Assembly (NCBI GenBank): GCA_049519355.1
Contig: JBEKQV010000001.1
Span: 64,688-128,687, forward strand
DNA length: 64,000 nt
From: Candidatus Microgenomates bacterium
GTDB taxonomy: Bacteria; Patescibacteriota; Microgenomatia; UBA8517
Direction of reading: 5' to 3'
Part shown: positions 1-9,603 of the stretch, in pieces
Numbering within the stretch: position 1 is the stretch's first letter
Layout of the letters: every line of letters begins with the position of its first letter
Notes under the pieces: model-generated
Seen by the model: the letters and a program-made list of their open reading frames with translations, nothing else
The model's database searches: none
Told to the model about the DNA's origin: nothing
Program-made: the position numbers and the translations under genes

Positions 1-439
1 ACGAACGGGAATAATAAATTACTGTTGGAGAAATTGCATAAAGGCCGGCGGCTATTACTCCCGCCCGTTTCCCAAACCAAATTCTTCCTACCCACCAGAC
101 AAAAGCAACGGTAATAACACCCAAAATTGCAATCTGCACCGCTGGGCCTACGGGTGAAAAATTGGCAAGCAAAAGAGGAAGTGCCATCATATAGTAATAC
201 AACGGTCCCAAGTATAAATTTCCAACCGATGTACCCGGTCCTATGAGAGGCGGGTGAAGTTCGGTAAAAATCCTTCTGACAACGATAACATCCCTTCCTT
301 CATCTCCCAAAAATGTCATATATTGATCAATTTTGTAAAGCCTGCAAATTGAAGCGACCAGAAGGATGAATCCTAAAATAACGGCTTCCTTCTTGTTATT
401 CTTTATCCAAAAAACTATTTTATTCAATAATCTTTTCAT
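1..439 (-). CDS. GT39/PMT-like (ArnT/dolichyl-phosphate-mannose-protein mannosyltransferase family) membrane glycosyltransferase, N-terminal part only (3' end runs off window)
   Basis: Reverse-strand translation from ATG at 439: MKRLLNKIVFWIKNNKKEAVILGFILLVASICRLYKIDQYMTFLGDEGRDVIVVRRIF... typical N-terminus of GT-C PMT/ArnT proteins; ATGA overlap with upstream GT2 gene stop. Confidence 0.5.
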   Translation of the reverse strand, partial: MKRLLNKIVFWIKNNKKEAVILGFILLVASICRLYKIDQYMTFLGDEGRDVIVVRRIFTELHPPLIGPGTSVGNLYLGPLYYYMMALPLLLANFSPVGPAVQIAILGVITVAFVWWVGRIWFGKRAGVIAAGLYAISPTVIYYSRS

Positions 440-1146
440 TGCAGCTTTTTCCAAAGACTAAATAGATCTCCAAAACTTTTAAGAATCACATTTAAATTTC
501 TTCCTGTCCCTGCTCCTTTAGTCCGAGCATAATGAGTCACAGGAACCTGCTCAATCTTAAACCCAGCCTTCTCTGATCTTATCAAAAGTTCACTACTTAT
601 AAATGCTCCTCTTTCACTTTCGAGATGTGGGATTGTATCTATTACTTTCTTAGAAATCATTTTAAACGCACAATCGATGTCTTTAACCCTAAGTCCAAAA
701 AGAACGAAGACCGTAAATTCCCAAATTTTACTGGTTAAAATTTTAATCGCCGAAACCTGCCTTTTTTTATAATATCCGATAACCAAATCTGCGCCCGTTT
801 CTTTTTGTTTTTTTATGAAGATTTCAATCTCTTTGAAATCGAATTGTCCGTCCGCATCTATAAAAGCAATCCATGGATGAGTTCCGGCATACAAACCTGT
901 ACTAATAGTCGCACCATAACCTTCATTGGTTTTGTGCTTAATAATCCTAATTCTTTTATCCGAGTTTGCAAGCTTCTCTTCCAACTCTGGAGACCCATCA
1001 CTTGAACCGTCATCAACAAGAATAAGCTCCCATTCAGCCGCTATTTTTTGAAGTTCCTTCTTTGTAGTCAAAACAACACCTTCGATATTTTCTTCTTCGT
1101 TATAAATCGGCAAAAAAACCGAAAGTTTTTCAATTATCTTAGCCAC
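436..1146 (-). CDS. GT2 family glycosyltransferase, dolichol-phosphate mannosyltransferase (DPM1)-like
   Basis: LPIYNEEENI...LILVDDGSSDGS...DADGQ motifs of GT-A/GT2 polyprenol-phosphate sugar synthases. Confidence 0.8.
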   Translation of the reverse strand: MAKIIEKLSVFLPIYNEEENIEGVVLTTKKELQKIAAEWELILVDDGSSDGSPELEEKLANSDKRIRIIKHKTNEGYGATISTGLYAGTHPWIAFIDADGQFDFKEIEIFIKKQKETGADLVIGYYKKRQVSAIKILTSKIWEFTVFVLFGLRVKDIDCAFKMISKKVIDTIPHLESERGAFISSELLIRSEKAGFKIEQVPVTHYARTKGAGTGRNLNVILKSFGDLFSLWKKLQ

Positions 1147-1191
1147 AGGTCAAGTCTAGCATATTACTCCCGCCCCGTGCTAATATTCGAT

Positions 1192-2352
1192 ATGGCGGCA
1201 AAAGTAAAAGGATTGATCGCTATAGTTGCATTTTCCCTCATTCCTACTCTGCTTATTTGGCTCCCATTCCTTCTGCGTGTTGGCACCTTTTGGAGTATTC
1301 CTCTATCTCAGAACGGAATGGCAACTATAGTGGCAAACTACGACGGACCACTTTATTTGGTAGTTGCAAAAACCTTATACAATAAGGGTCAGATTGAATC
1401 CAACTTCCAGTTTCCTTTACCCGCTGAGTATTACACAGCACACTTTCCACTATTTCCCCTCCTCATAAAAGCATTTGGCGTTGTTATTAATTACCCCTAT
1501 GCGATGTTAATAGTAACCCTGCTTTCCTCAATACTGGCAACATATTTTTTTATGAGGCTCATATCGCAATTTGTTGACAAGAAAGAGGTTTTGTTTCTAA
1601 CCTTTCTCTTTACAATCTTTCCGGCCAGGTGGCTTATCGTCAGGTCAGTCGGGTCGGCAGACCCCTTATTCGTCGCATCGGTAATCGCATCTGTCTATTA
1701 TTTTAAAAACAAAAAATATTGGTTGGCTGGAATTTGGGGTGCAGTAGCCCAACTAACGAAATCTCCCGGAATCATACTTTTTATTTCGTACGTAATATTC
1801 CTTCTGATTCCGATAATCAAAAACAATATTCTTTCTCCTGCGGGTAAGTGGATTCAAAATCTAAACTTAAAGAAAACTTTCCCAATATTTTTGATACCTC
1901 TGACACTTCTTGTCGTATTCGGTTTTTACAAAATAGTTCAAGGAAATTTTTGGGCCTACTTTCAATCCGGTGATAATATTCACCTAGCATTTCCACCGTT
2001 CCAAATCTTTAATTATTCGGCGCCATGGGTAGGCACTTTCTGGCTTGAAGAAATAATCTTTATATATTTATTCGGCGCCTTGGGTGTTTACAAACTTTTT
2101 CAGAAAAAGGAATTTGAGTTGGCAACGTTTGCCGCAACATTTTTTGCATTGACACTTTTTATCGCCCACCGGGATTTACTCAGGTATTCACTCCCGCTTG
2201 TACCTTTCCTCTTTGTTGCATTTTCCGATGTTTTAGTCAAAAAGGAATTTAAATTCGCCATTTTTATAATAATAATTCCAATTTACCTTTATTCACTGGC
2301 TTTTATTTCCCAAAATGTAATGCCAATTAGCAACTGGGCTCCATTCCTATAG
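1192..2352 (+). CDS. polytopic integral membrane protein, putative GT-C type glycosyltransferase
   Basis: about 10 hydrophobic helices, located between DPM1-like GT2 genes; start refined to ATG 1192 (track ORF begins 1048). Confidence 0.4.
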   Translation: MAAKVKGLIAIVAFSLIPTLLIWLPFLLRVGTFWSIPLSQNGMATIVANYDGPLYLVVAKTLYNKGQIESNFQFPLPAEYYTAHFPLFPLLIKAFGVVINYPYAMLIVTLLSSILATYFFMRLISQFVDKKEVLFLTFLFTIFPARWLIVRSVGSADPLFVASVIASVYYFKNKKYWLAGIWGAVAQLTKSPGIILFISYVIFLLIPIIKNNILSPAGKWIQNLNLKKTFPIFLIPLTLLVVFGFYKIVQGNFWAYFQSGDNIHLAFPPFQIFNYSAPWVGTFWLEEIIFIYLFGALGVYKLFQKKEFELATFAATFFALTLFIAHRDLLRYSLPLVPFLFVAFSDVLVKKEFKFAIFIIIIPIYLYSLAFISQNVMPISNWAPFL

Positions 2353-2408
2353 CGTAAGCTGCGAGCATAACCGTGGGTTTTTGCTAGTTTTCGTGACTAA
2401 TCTTATAT

Positions 2409-2606
2409 ATGGAAATTGCCAGGCACTGGAGACTCAAGGCCCAGAGATATGGACTGGTGGGCAGTATTTGTCCGGATTGTGGTCGAAAAGATTTTCCTCC
2501 CAGGCAAGTGTGTCTGGATTGCCAAGGAGAGAAGATTATTCAATCCGATTTTCCAAAGGGAGAAGTATATTCTTCAGAAAAGTCAGTTGTGCCTTTGCCA
2601 AGGTAA
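2409..2606 (+). pseudogene. DUF35-like rubredoxin-type Zn-ribbon fragment (65 aa, OB-fold part missing)
   Basis: WRLKAQRYGLVGSICPDCGRKDFPPRQVCLDCQ resembles the N-terminal Zn ribbon of DUF35/SSO2064-type proteins; the ORF stops after the ribbon and overlaps the 3' end of the opposite-strand GT2-GtrA gene. Confidence 0.3.
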
Positions 2607-3797
2607 CTTCCAAGTCTTCCAAATAAATAAGTTGTAAACAACGTAATTGTAAGGAACAATAACAAATATCAACGCACATACTAATGCCAAAAGATGGGTT
2701 AGAGATGTATCCGGTAAAAACAAGACCGCACCTCCAACAATTAAAGGCTGCACGATAACTGCAAAAAGTGAAGATAAATTGAAAAGAAGAAATTTAGGAA
2801 TAATTTCACCTAAGCCATTCAATTTTTTCTCTTTGAAGGTCCAGACGTTATTGAAAATAAAGTTTGAGATAATTGAAAGCTCTGTAGCAAAAAGAGTTGC
2901 CCAAAAAGTTGCTTCAAGAAGTATTGCCAGCCAACCGGGAAGGTTAAGATTCCTAAAATAGTTTCCGATCGCAGATGTAAAAGCCAATCTTCTAAAAACT
3001 TCTAAACCCACATAATTAACAACAAATCCCGTAAAACCCACTACCGCAAATTTCAGAAAACGCTGCTTATCCTTAATTCCCAGTATTGTTGCAACTTTGA
3101 AAGTCGCAATCATCTCTTTCCAGTTGAATTTAGATTTTTCTTTAGTCCTTGATGCAAACTCCAGTGGAACTTCTACCGTTTTTTTCGAATTTTTAAGACA
3201 TTGATAAAGAAGATCAACTTTGTATGCGAAACGGTCCAGATCCATCAGGTTTTCCAAATCGATTTTGTCTAGAACTCCTTTAACCCGGGAAAGTCGAAAA
3301 CCGGTGGTTAAATCATGAATTTTAAAATTAAGTAGGACCAAGCGGATATAGAGGTTTCCAAAATAACTCACCATTTTCCGGGACAATGCCCATTCTTTTG
3401 GTACAGATCCGCCCTTAACATAACGGCTGCCGATGCAATAATCCGCACCGGCAAGATATGCATCAACCATTGGTTTTACAAATCTCGGAGGGTGTTGAAA
3501 ATCCGCGTCCATTTCCAAAACCGCATCCGCCTTAAGCTCCTTCATGGCATATTGCATTCCCCTTACATACGCCCAACCAAGTCCGGGCTTATCCTGCTGA
3601 ACAATATGCACATGGCTGTAGGCTTTTGAAGCTTTTTCAACGATCTCTGTGGTTCCGTCGGTGGAGTGGTTATCAATAACTAAAAGTTGCATATCGGTGC
3701 CGATCGCAGGAAATTCTCTTTTGACAAGTTCCTCGATCATCCTTTTGATATTCTCAGCCTCGTTCCATGCAGGCATTACTATTACAACTTTTTGCAT
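2583..3797 (-). CDS. GT2 glycosyltransferase (DPM1-like) fused to a C-terminal GtrA-like membrane domain
   Basis: VIVMPAWNEAENI...LLVIDNHSTDGT...MDADFQHPP; C-terminal 4-TM GtrA-like region. Confidence 0.8.
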   Translation of the reverse strand: MQKVVIVMPAWNEAENIKRMIEELVKREFPAIGTDMQLLVIDNHSTDGTTEIVEKASKAYSHVHIVQQDKPGLGWAYVRGMQYAMKELKADAVLEMDADFQHPPRFVKPMVDAYLAGADYCIGSRYVKGGSVPKEWALSRKMVSYFGNLYIRLVLLNFKIHDLTTGFRLSRVKGVLDKIDLENLMDLDRFAYKVDLLYQCLKNSKKTVEVPLEFASRTKEKSKFNWKEMIATFKVATILGIKDKQRFLKFAVVGFTGFVVNYVGLEVFRRLAFTSAIGNYFRNLNLPGWLAILLEATFWATLFATELSIISNFIFNNVWTFKEKKLNGLGEIIPKFLLFNLSSLFAVIVQPLIVGGAVLFLPDTSLTHLLALVCALIFVIVPYNYVVYNLFIWKTWKLPWQRHN

Positions 3798-3838
3798 GAT
3801 TTAACTTTAAAACATAAGCCTGTTAAAATACAGAGGCA

Positions 3839-4471
3839 ATGACAAAAATTGACGTTCTAACCTTATTTCCGGAAATGTTCCAATGCCCTTTTGATGCGTC
3901 CATTATCAAGCGTGCACAAAGCCGGAACTTAATAAAAGTTGAAGTTCATAATCTGCGAAAATGGGGGGAAGGAACAAGAAGAAATGTGGACGATCGCCCT
4001 TATGGCGGAGGTGTAGGAATGATTCTCAGGGTAGACATAATTGATGCAGCTCTGAAAGATTTGAGAACTAAAATGTCAAAAGTTATTCTCCTTGATGCCA
4101 CCGGAGATAGATACACTCAGGCTAAAGTGCAGGAATTTTCGAAATTGGAACACATTATTTTAATCGCCGGGCATTACGAGGGTGTTGACCACAGAGTCCA
4201 CGAGTATCTTGCTGACGAAATAATTTCAATAGGTGATTATGTTCTCACCGGCGGGGAAATCCCAGCGATGGTAATTGTAGATTCGGTAATCCGTCTTATT
4301 CCAGGGGTTCTTGGTAAAGATGAGTCCTCTGCGGTTGAATCACACAAAGAACCGGGATATTTGGAGTATCCGCAATACACAAGACCGGAGATTTACAAAA
4401 AATGGAAAGTTCCTGACGTACTTCTATCCGGTAACCATAAAGAAATCGAGAAGTGGAGGAAAGAATCCTAA
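3839..4471 (+). CDS. trmD: tRNA (guanine37-N1)-methyltransferase
   Basis: MTKIDVLTLFPEMF...PYGGGVGMIL...IAGHYEGVDHRV characteristic TrmD sequence. Confidence 0.9.
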   Translation: MTKIDVLTLFPEMFQCPFDASIIKRAQSRNLIKVEVHNLRKWGEGTRRNVDDRPYGGGVGMILRVDIIDAALKDLRTKMSKVILLDATGDRYTQAKVQEFSKLEHIILIAGHYEGVDHRVHEYLADEIISIGDYVLTGGEIPAMVIVDSVIRLIPGVLGKDESSAVESHKEPGYLEYPQYTRPEIYKKWKVPDVLLSGNHKEIEKWRKES

Positions 4472-4472
4472 T

Positions 4473-6242
4473 TCACTTTTCTTTTTCCCAACGTGACTTC
4501 GGTGATGTAACCGCCCCCCATTTCTGGCCCAACCAAAGCATCGCCGTCAATAAACTATATCTAAACTCTCCGTGATAGATTTTAGAACTGGCAATAAGCT
4601 GGGGATTAATTATCGCCTTTCCAATCCTTTTTGCAGTTGCACCGTGATGATGGAAAAACTTGGCCTCAGGAACGTAGTAAAGCGGAACATTATATTTCTT
4701 AAGTCTTCTACAGTAATCAATGTCTTCAAAATACATAAAAAGCTTCCGGTTTAGGTAGCCGATTTTATTAATAACTTTTCTCGGGATCAAAAAGTTCGCC
4801 ATTGCCGCACCTTCGACGCGCACAGGTTTCGTAACTTCCGGTCTGAACATAAAATAACTGCCTTTAATATTTAAGAAATATTGTTTAAATGCTCCCCAAA
4901 TCGTCGGTAGCATAAAACACGAATCCTGAGGATCTCCATTCGGAAAAAGCAGCTGACCGGATAAGGCATACTCATTGTTAAACTTTTCGCTAGTCTTGAT
5001 CAATGTTTCAAGAGCATTATCCTTAACTTCAATATCCGAATTAAGCATAAAAAGAAGTTCTCCCCGTGCAAATTCCATCAGTCTGTTGTATCCTCCAACA
5101 AATCCTTTGTTAACTTTATTTCTAATAAACCTTACCTGAGGATATTTTTTCATAAGGGGTTCAAAATTATCATCCGTTGCATTATCAAGAACAATCACTT
5201 CATCTTTGTCCGAATTAAACCCTGATTTTTTGTTGTAAACGCTGTTAAGAAGTTGGTCAGTAAGGTCCGAGGTTTTGTAATCGGAAACCAAAATAGACAT
5301 GCGCACAGGATATGTATAATCTCCGGCCGTTATCTTTTTATAAGGCGAGGCCCCTTTCTTGCCCATTACAAAATCAATAACTCCCCGCTTCTGCGGTATT
5401 CTTCCAATGAGCAATTGTTTAATACTTTCCCTAATAACCGCGAATCTCGTCCTGAAACTTGCGTACCTAAACGTAAAATACAAACGGTTTCTTGTTAATA
5501 AATAATCGGTTTGAGGCGAGCCGATACCCATTGTTTGAGAAACTTTATGATAAATATGTGTATCCCCGCAATAAAACAACTTGCTTCCACTTCGCAGAAT
5601 TCTTTGCTGCCAATCATTATCCTCAAAGTAAGCGTATAGATCCTCGTCAAAATAGCCAATGGTCTCCAAAGTTTCGCGCCTGACCATGAAACAGCAACCG
5701 CTAATAAATCCCGTCTCTTGTATCTTATCGAATTTTCCTTTGTCAACTTGATCAATCCCCTTGTGAACGCTCCTAACATTGTTCCAGTCAAATAAGCCTC
5801 CAGCGTACCAAATCACCTTTCCTTTATCGGATGGATTATATTTATCAAGAAATTCATAACCAGGTGCAAAGTATATTTTCGGTGAAACTACTGCAGCAGT
5901 AGAATTTTCATCCAATACTTTTGCCAACTTCTTTATAAGCTGATTATCTCCGATCAAAGTATCGTTATTTATAATCGCAATATAATCAGCTCCCCAGGCA
6001 GCCGCATACCTCATTCCCAGCGTATAACTCCCCGCAAAACCCTTATCAATACCAGCCTGAAGCAAATCAAGATAGGAAATCTTCCCTTTTATATGATCGC
6101 CAATCCAGTCACCGGGAGTTTTATCAACTATAACAAACTTAAAATCTATTCCACCAACATCAAGATTTTTAACGGTTGCGAGTAACTCCAATGTATCTTT
6201 AGCCCCTCCAAAATTTACGGTAACCAACGCAATTTTTTTCAT
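4473..6242 (-). CDS. tandem two-domain GT2 family glycosyltransferase
   Basis: two successive GT-A modules (VIVLDNATDDN... and IINNDTLIGDN...) with DxD-like motifs. Confidence 0.75.
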   Translation of the reverse strand: MKKIALVTVNFGGAKDTLELLATVKNLDVGGIDFKFVIVDKTPGDWIGDHIKGKISYLDLLQAGIDKGFAGSYTLGMRYAAAWGADYIAIINNDTLIGDNQLIKKLAKVLDENSTAAVVSPKIYFAPGYEFLDKYNPSDKGKVIWYAGGLFDWNNVRSVHKGIDQVDKGKFDKIQETGFISGCCFMVRRETLETIGYFDEDLYAYFEDNDWQQRILRSGSKLFYCGDTHIYHKVSQTMGIGSPQTDYLLTRNRLYFTFRYASFRTRFAVIRESIKQLLIGRIPQKRGVIDFVMGKKGASPYKKITAGDYTYPVRMSILVSDYKTSDLTDQLLNSVYNKKSGFNSDKDEVIVLDNATDDNFEPLMKKYPQVRFIRNKVNKGFVGGYNRLMEFARGELLFMLNSDIEVKDNALETLIKTSEKFNNEYALSGQLLFPNGDPQDSCFMLPTIWGAFKQYFLNIKGSYFMFRPEVTKPVRVEGAAMANFLIPRKVINKIGYLNRKLFMYFEDIDYCRRLKKYNVPLYYVPEAKFFHHHGATAKRIGKAIINPQLIASSKIYHGEFRYSLLTAMLWLGQKWGAVTSPKSRWEKEK

Positions 6243-7168
6243 TTGATCTCCTTTAATGTTTGTAGGTAAGCATCCTGCCTCATTTTATTCCCCAAAACGG
6301 AAAAAATCAGCAAGCGGATAAAAATACCTACTTTTATTGCAGGCAAAACCCAATACATCTGTCTTGAATAATTTTTCCGCATGTAATAGACAAACCCCAA
6401 AATCTCCCGTCTGAAAATTTTGGCTAGTTCTTTAGGATCCCCTTTAGCACTTGCCTTATCTACATGTGTTATGGAAAAACTGGGTGTATACCAAATATGA
6501 GAACCTGCATTTTTTGCCCTTCTGCACCATTCAACTTCTTCCATGTAAAGGAAAAAATTCTCATCAAATCCTTTACTCTTAGCAAACACTTCACGCTTCA
6601 TAAAGACAAAGGCTCCCATTACCCAACCAACCAGTCTATCTTTACCAAAAAAGTTTGGATCTTTGGGATGGAAGGGAGAAAAAAGTTTCCCGACCAATGG
6701 AATTAATTCCAATCCCCAAAGCCATGACCAAACCGAGGAAGGTGTCGGGAGGTATCCGGCGCTTGGTTGGAATCTTCCGTCTTCATATTCCAACCTGCAT
6801 CCTAAAACATCACAATCGGCATGACTCTCAAAAAACTCAAGCGCTTTGACCAACGTCTCTTTTTGAACATAAGCGTCGTTATTTAAAAGAAGAACATATT
6901 CATTTTTTGGGTTTACCTTTCTAAATCCAAAATTATTTCCTTTTCCGTAACCCAGGTCGGATCCTGAAGGAAACATCCTAACCCAAGGATATTTTTTGGC
7001 GATCATTTCGGGAGACCCGTCGGACGATGCGTTTTCGACAACTATTACCTCAGTCGCTGCAACATCTTTTGCAAAATCGACAGCCTTTTTCATACACGCC
7101 AGACATTTATCCGTAATGTCTTTCGTATTCCAGCTAACAATAACAACCGAAATCCCAGGTTTTTCCAT
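6239..7168 (-). CDS. GT2 family glycosyltransferase
   Basis: ISVVIVSWNTKDITDKCL...VVENASSDGS...LLLNNDAYV; 4-bp overlap with downstream GT2 gene. Confidence 0.75.
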   Translation of the reverse strand: MEKPGISVVIVSWNTKDITDKCLACMKKAVDFAKDVAATEVIVVENASSDGSPEMIAKKYPWVRMFPSGSDLGYGKGNNFGFRKVNPKNEYVLLLNNDAYVQKETLVKALEFFESHADCDVLGCRLEYEDGRFQPSAGYLPTPSSVWSWLWGLELIPLVGKLFSPFHPKDPNFFGKDRLVGWVMGAFVFMKREVFAKSKGFDENFFLYMEEVEWCRRAKNAGSHIWYTPSFSITHVDKASAKGDPKELAKIFRREILGFVYYMRKNYSRQMYWVLPAIKVGIFIRLLIFSVLGNKMRQDAYLQTLKEIK

Positions 7169-7235
7169 CTTGACGTTAGTGAAATGATACCTCGCCGTCT
7201 TTCACGGCGCAACGTGTATAATATTAATCATCGTT

Positions 7236-8210
7236 ATGGAAAAAAAGCAGCCGAGAAAGAAGTATAGTATCGGTGTCGCCGTAATTACCTACAAAGATTC
7301 CAGGCATCTAGAACGGTGTTTGCCGCCTCTTTTAAACTCTCCATTAAAACCGAAGGTTTTAGTCTTCAACTCAAGCTCGAATGACGGAACAGTAGAACTG
7401 GCTAAAAAACTTGGTGCCGAAGTGTTTATTATTCCAAGAACCGAAATGAATCACGGAGAAGCCAGGGAACTCTGCAGAAAGAAATTGGGTACTGACATTG
7501 TTGTAATGATGACACCCGATGCTTATGCGTCAGATAAATATATGTTAGGAAAACTCATTGAGCCAATTCTTGAAGGAAAGGCGGCAATTGCCTATGCAAG
7601 ACAAGTCGCACATGAAGGGGCTAACATTATCTCATCTTTTGGCCGAATGTTTAGTTTCCCCGATCAAAGCAATATACGCGGAATAGAAAATGCAAATAAA
7701 TACGGAGCCTATACAGCCTTCTGTTCAGATGCTTGCACAGCATACTTGAATAAGACACTTGACCAGATTGGAGGGTTCCGATGGCTTCTTTCCGGTGAGG
7801 ATGCTGTTGCCGCGTCGATGATACTCAGAAAAGGTTATAAAATTGCCTACGTTGCCGAGGCTGTTGTCAGACACTCACACAACTACAGCCCAATCAAAGA
7901 ATTCAGGAGACATTTCGATACCGGCATGTATCGGACACAGTGGCATAAAATTCTTGATTTGGGAGGGGGCGGAGAGCAAACCCGCGGAGCTTCCTACGCA
8001 CTATCACTTTTGACATATGTTATTAAAAAAGAGCCGCTGATGTTTCCAACGGCATTCGCCCAGCTTGCCATGGGGTGGTTAGGCTTTCAGTTCGGAAGAA
8101 TTTGTTACCACAGAGCACCGCTCTGGCTTTATAAAATGATAAGTCCGGCGGACTTTTTCTGGAATTCAACCGGCTATAAAGAGGGCAAATGGTTTGACCC
8201 AGCCAAATAA
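7236..8210 (+). CDS. GT2-like glycosyltransferase
   Basis: IGVAVITYKDSRHLERCLPPLLNS...VFNSSSNDGT GT-A N-terminal signature. Confidence 0.6.
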   Translation: MEKKQPRKKYSIGVAVITYKDSRHLERCLPPLLNSPLKPKVLVFNSSSNDGTVELAKKLGAEVFIIPRTEMNHGEARELCRKKLGTDIVVMMTPDAYASDKYMLGKLIEPILEGKAAIAYARQVAHEGANIISSFGRMFSFPDQSNIRGIENANKYGAYTAFCSDACTAYLNKTLDQIGGFRWLLSGEDAVAASMILRKGYKIAYVAEAVVRHSHNYSPIKEFRRHFDTGMYRTQWHKILDLGGGGEQTRGASYALSLLTYVIKKEPLMFPTAFAQLAMGWLGFQFGRICYHRAPLWLYKMISPADFFWNSTGYKEGKWFDPAK

Positions 8211-8743
8211 CTCCTCAAGGCAATATCAATTGCGATTAGTTCTGTATCAATTAAATTACTCAAAGCTTTTAATTTAGTTACCTCGCACCAGACCCAATCT
8301 CTCTGATCTTTAGTATCGTTAGCCAACTCAACTGTATAAACCAAGGCCATAACAGGACCGCGCAAAGTATCTTGAAAAGCAACCCCGGCAAATTTAGGTG
8401 GGTTGATAAACTTGGTTTTTATTTCATCGCTTTGGATTCTCTCAAAAGGACCGTTTTCCGGTTTTTGATCTTTCCGGTGGAAATCCGCCGCACGGAACAT
8501 TTTCCCCGGCAAGTTTAACATTCCCGGCCATGTTGGGTCACTTCCCGGCCTTGGTAAAAGCAAAACCTCTGTATTTGCAGCTTTCTTTCGAAAGATTACA
8601 ATAATGGTACTCGCCATTGGGGCAATTTTTGATATCTTGGCATACAGCCGATCAGAAAGCGGACCGCCATTCCATTTATCCAATATAGAAATAACTTTTT
8701 CGTCATCGCCTGGGTCAAATCCGTCGGTTATAGAAGTCGCCAT
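8174..8743 (-). CDS. hypothetical protein
   Basis: 189-aa ORF with good coding look, no family recognised; 37-bp convergent overlap with GT2 gene. Confidence 0.3.
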   Translation of the reverse strand: MATSITDGFDPGDDEKVISILDKWNGGPLSDRLYAKISKIAPMASTIIVIFRKKAANTEVLLLPRPGSDPTWPGMLNLPGKMFRAADFHRKDQKPENGPFERIQSDEIKTKFINPPKFAGVAFQDTLRGPVMALVYTVELANDTKDQRDWVWCEVTKLKALSNLIDTELIAIDIALRSYLAGSNHLPSL

Positions 8744-8745
8744 AA

Positions 8746-9603
8746 TTATTTTTTATTTTGAAGAAATTCCCTAAGGGCTTCTTGCCAGGAACGCTGTTTT
8801 GGAAGTTTTGTATTTATAAGTCCGGAGTATTGTGGATGTTTTGTTGTTTTTGGCGTCAAGCTGTGTTTGGCAGGAATGACCATCGGGCCTTTTCCAAGGA
8901 TACTAAAAATCTCCCTCGCCCATTCATACCATGTACACAACCCTTCATTTTCGCCGTGATAAATTCCCCAGGGTTTTTTTTCTTCGATGATATCCCTAGT
9001 CAAACGTGCAAGGTCGGGGGCGTATGTCAACGAACTTACTTCAGTGTCGCCTACTTCCAACTCCTTTTTGTCTATCTCAGACAACATGATTTCAACAAAA
9101 GTCCTTTTACTCATTTCGCTAACACCTCTAATTCCAAAGAGGCGCGACAATCTGATAATGTAATATTTCCCTCGTGTTTTTTCTACCCCAATCTCACCGG
9201 CAAGCTTAGATTTTCCGTATTCATCTATAGGGGCAGGCTTATCAGCTTCCTTATAACCCCTCTTATCATCACCAGGAAATACGTAACTTGTGGAGTAATG
9301 GATAAAAATTGCATCGATATCTTTTGCTATTTTGGCCAACTTTGCCGGGGCATCCGCGTTAAGAAGATACGCAAGTTTTTTTGCTTCCTCATCGGTCTCA
9401 ATTTTATCGACTGCGTTGTATGCAGTTGCGTTAATAATAATGTCCGGGTGGATTGATCCGATTTTTCGATCAATTTTCGGCGAAGTAACATCAGCGTCAC
9501 TTTTATCCCAGGCTAAAACATTATATTTGGCATTCTTAAATTCCGTAACCAAAGCTTGACCAAGTGTACCTTGCGAACCAAGAATCAAAACTTTTCTGAA
9601 CAT
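8746..9603 (-). CDS. rfbD: NAD(P)-dependent 4-keto-6-deoxyhexose reductase, RmlD (dTDP-4-dehydrorhamnose reductase)-like
   Basis: MFRKVLILGSQGTLGQAL Rossmann N-terminus, length and sequence typical of RmlD. Confidence 0.8.
   Translation of the reverse strand: MFRKVLILGSQGTLGQALVTEFKNAKYNVLAWDKSDADVTSPKIDRKIGSIHPDIIINATAYNAVDKIETDEEAKKLAYLLNADAPAKLAKIAKDIDAIFIHYSTSYVFPGDDKRGYKEADKPAPIDEYGKSKLAGEIGVEKTRGKYYIIRLSRLFGIRGVSEMSKRTFVEIMLSEIDKKELEVGDTEVSSLTYAPDLARLTRDIIEEKKPWGIYHGENEGLCTWYEWAREIFSILGKGPMVIPAKHSLTPKTTKHPQYSGLINTKLPKQRSWQEALREFLQNKK

Noticed and set aside
8758-9456. 232-aa + strand ORF fully antisense to the RmlD-like gene
   Set aside because: Shadow ORF: it lies entirely inside a well-supported conserved gene and its Cys/Phe-rich translation has low complexity.
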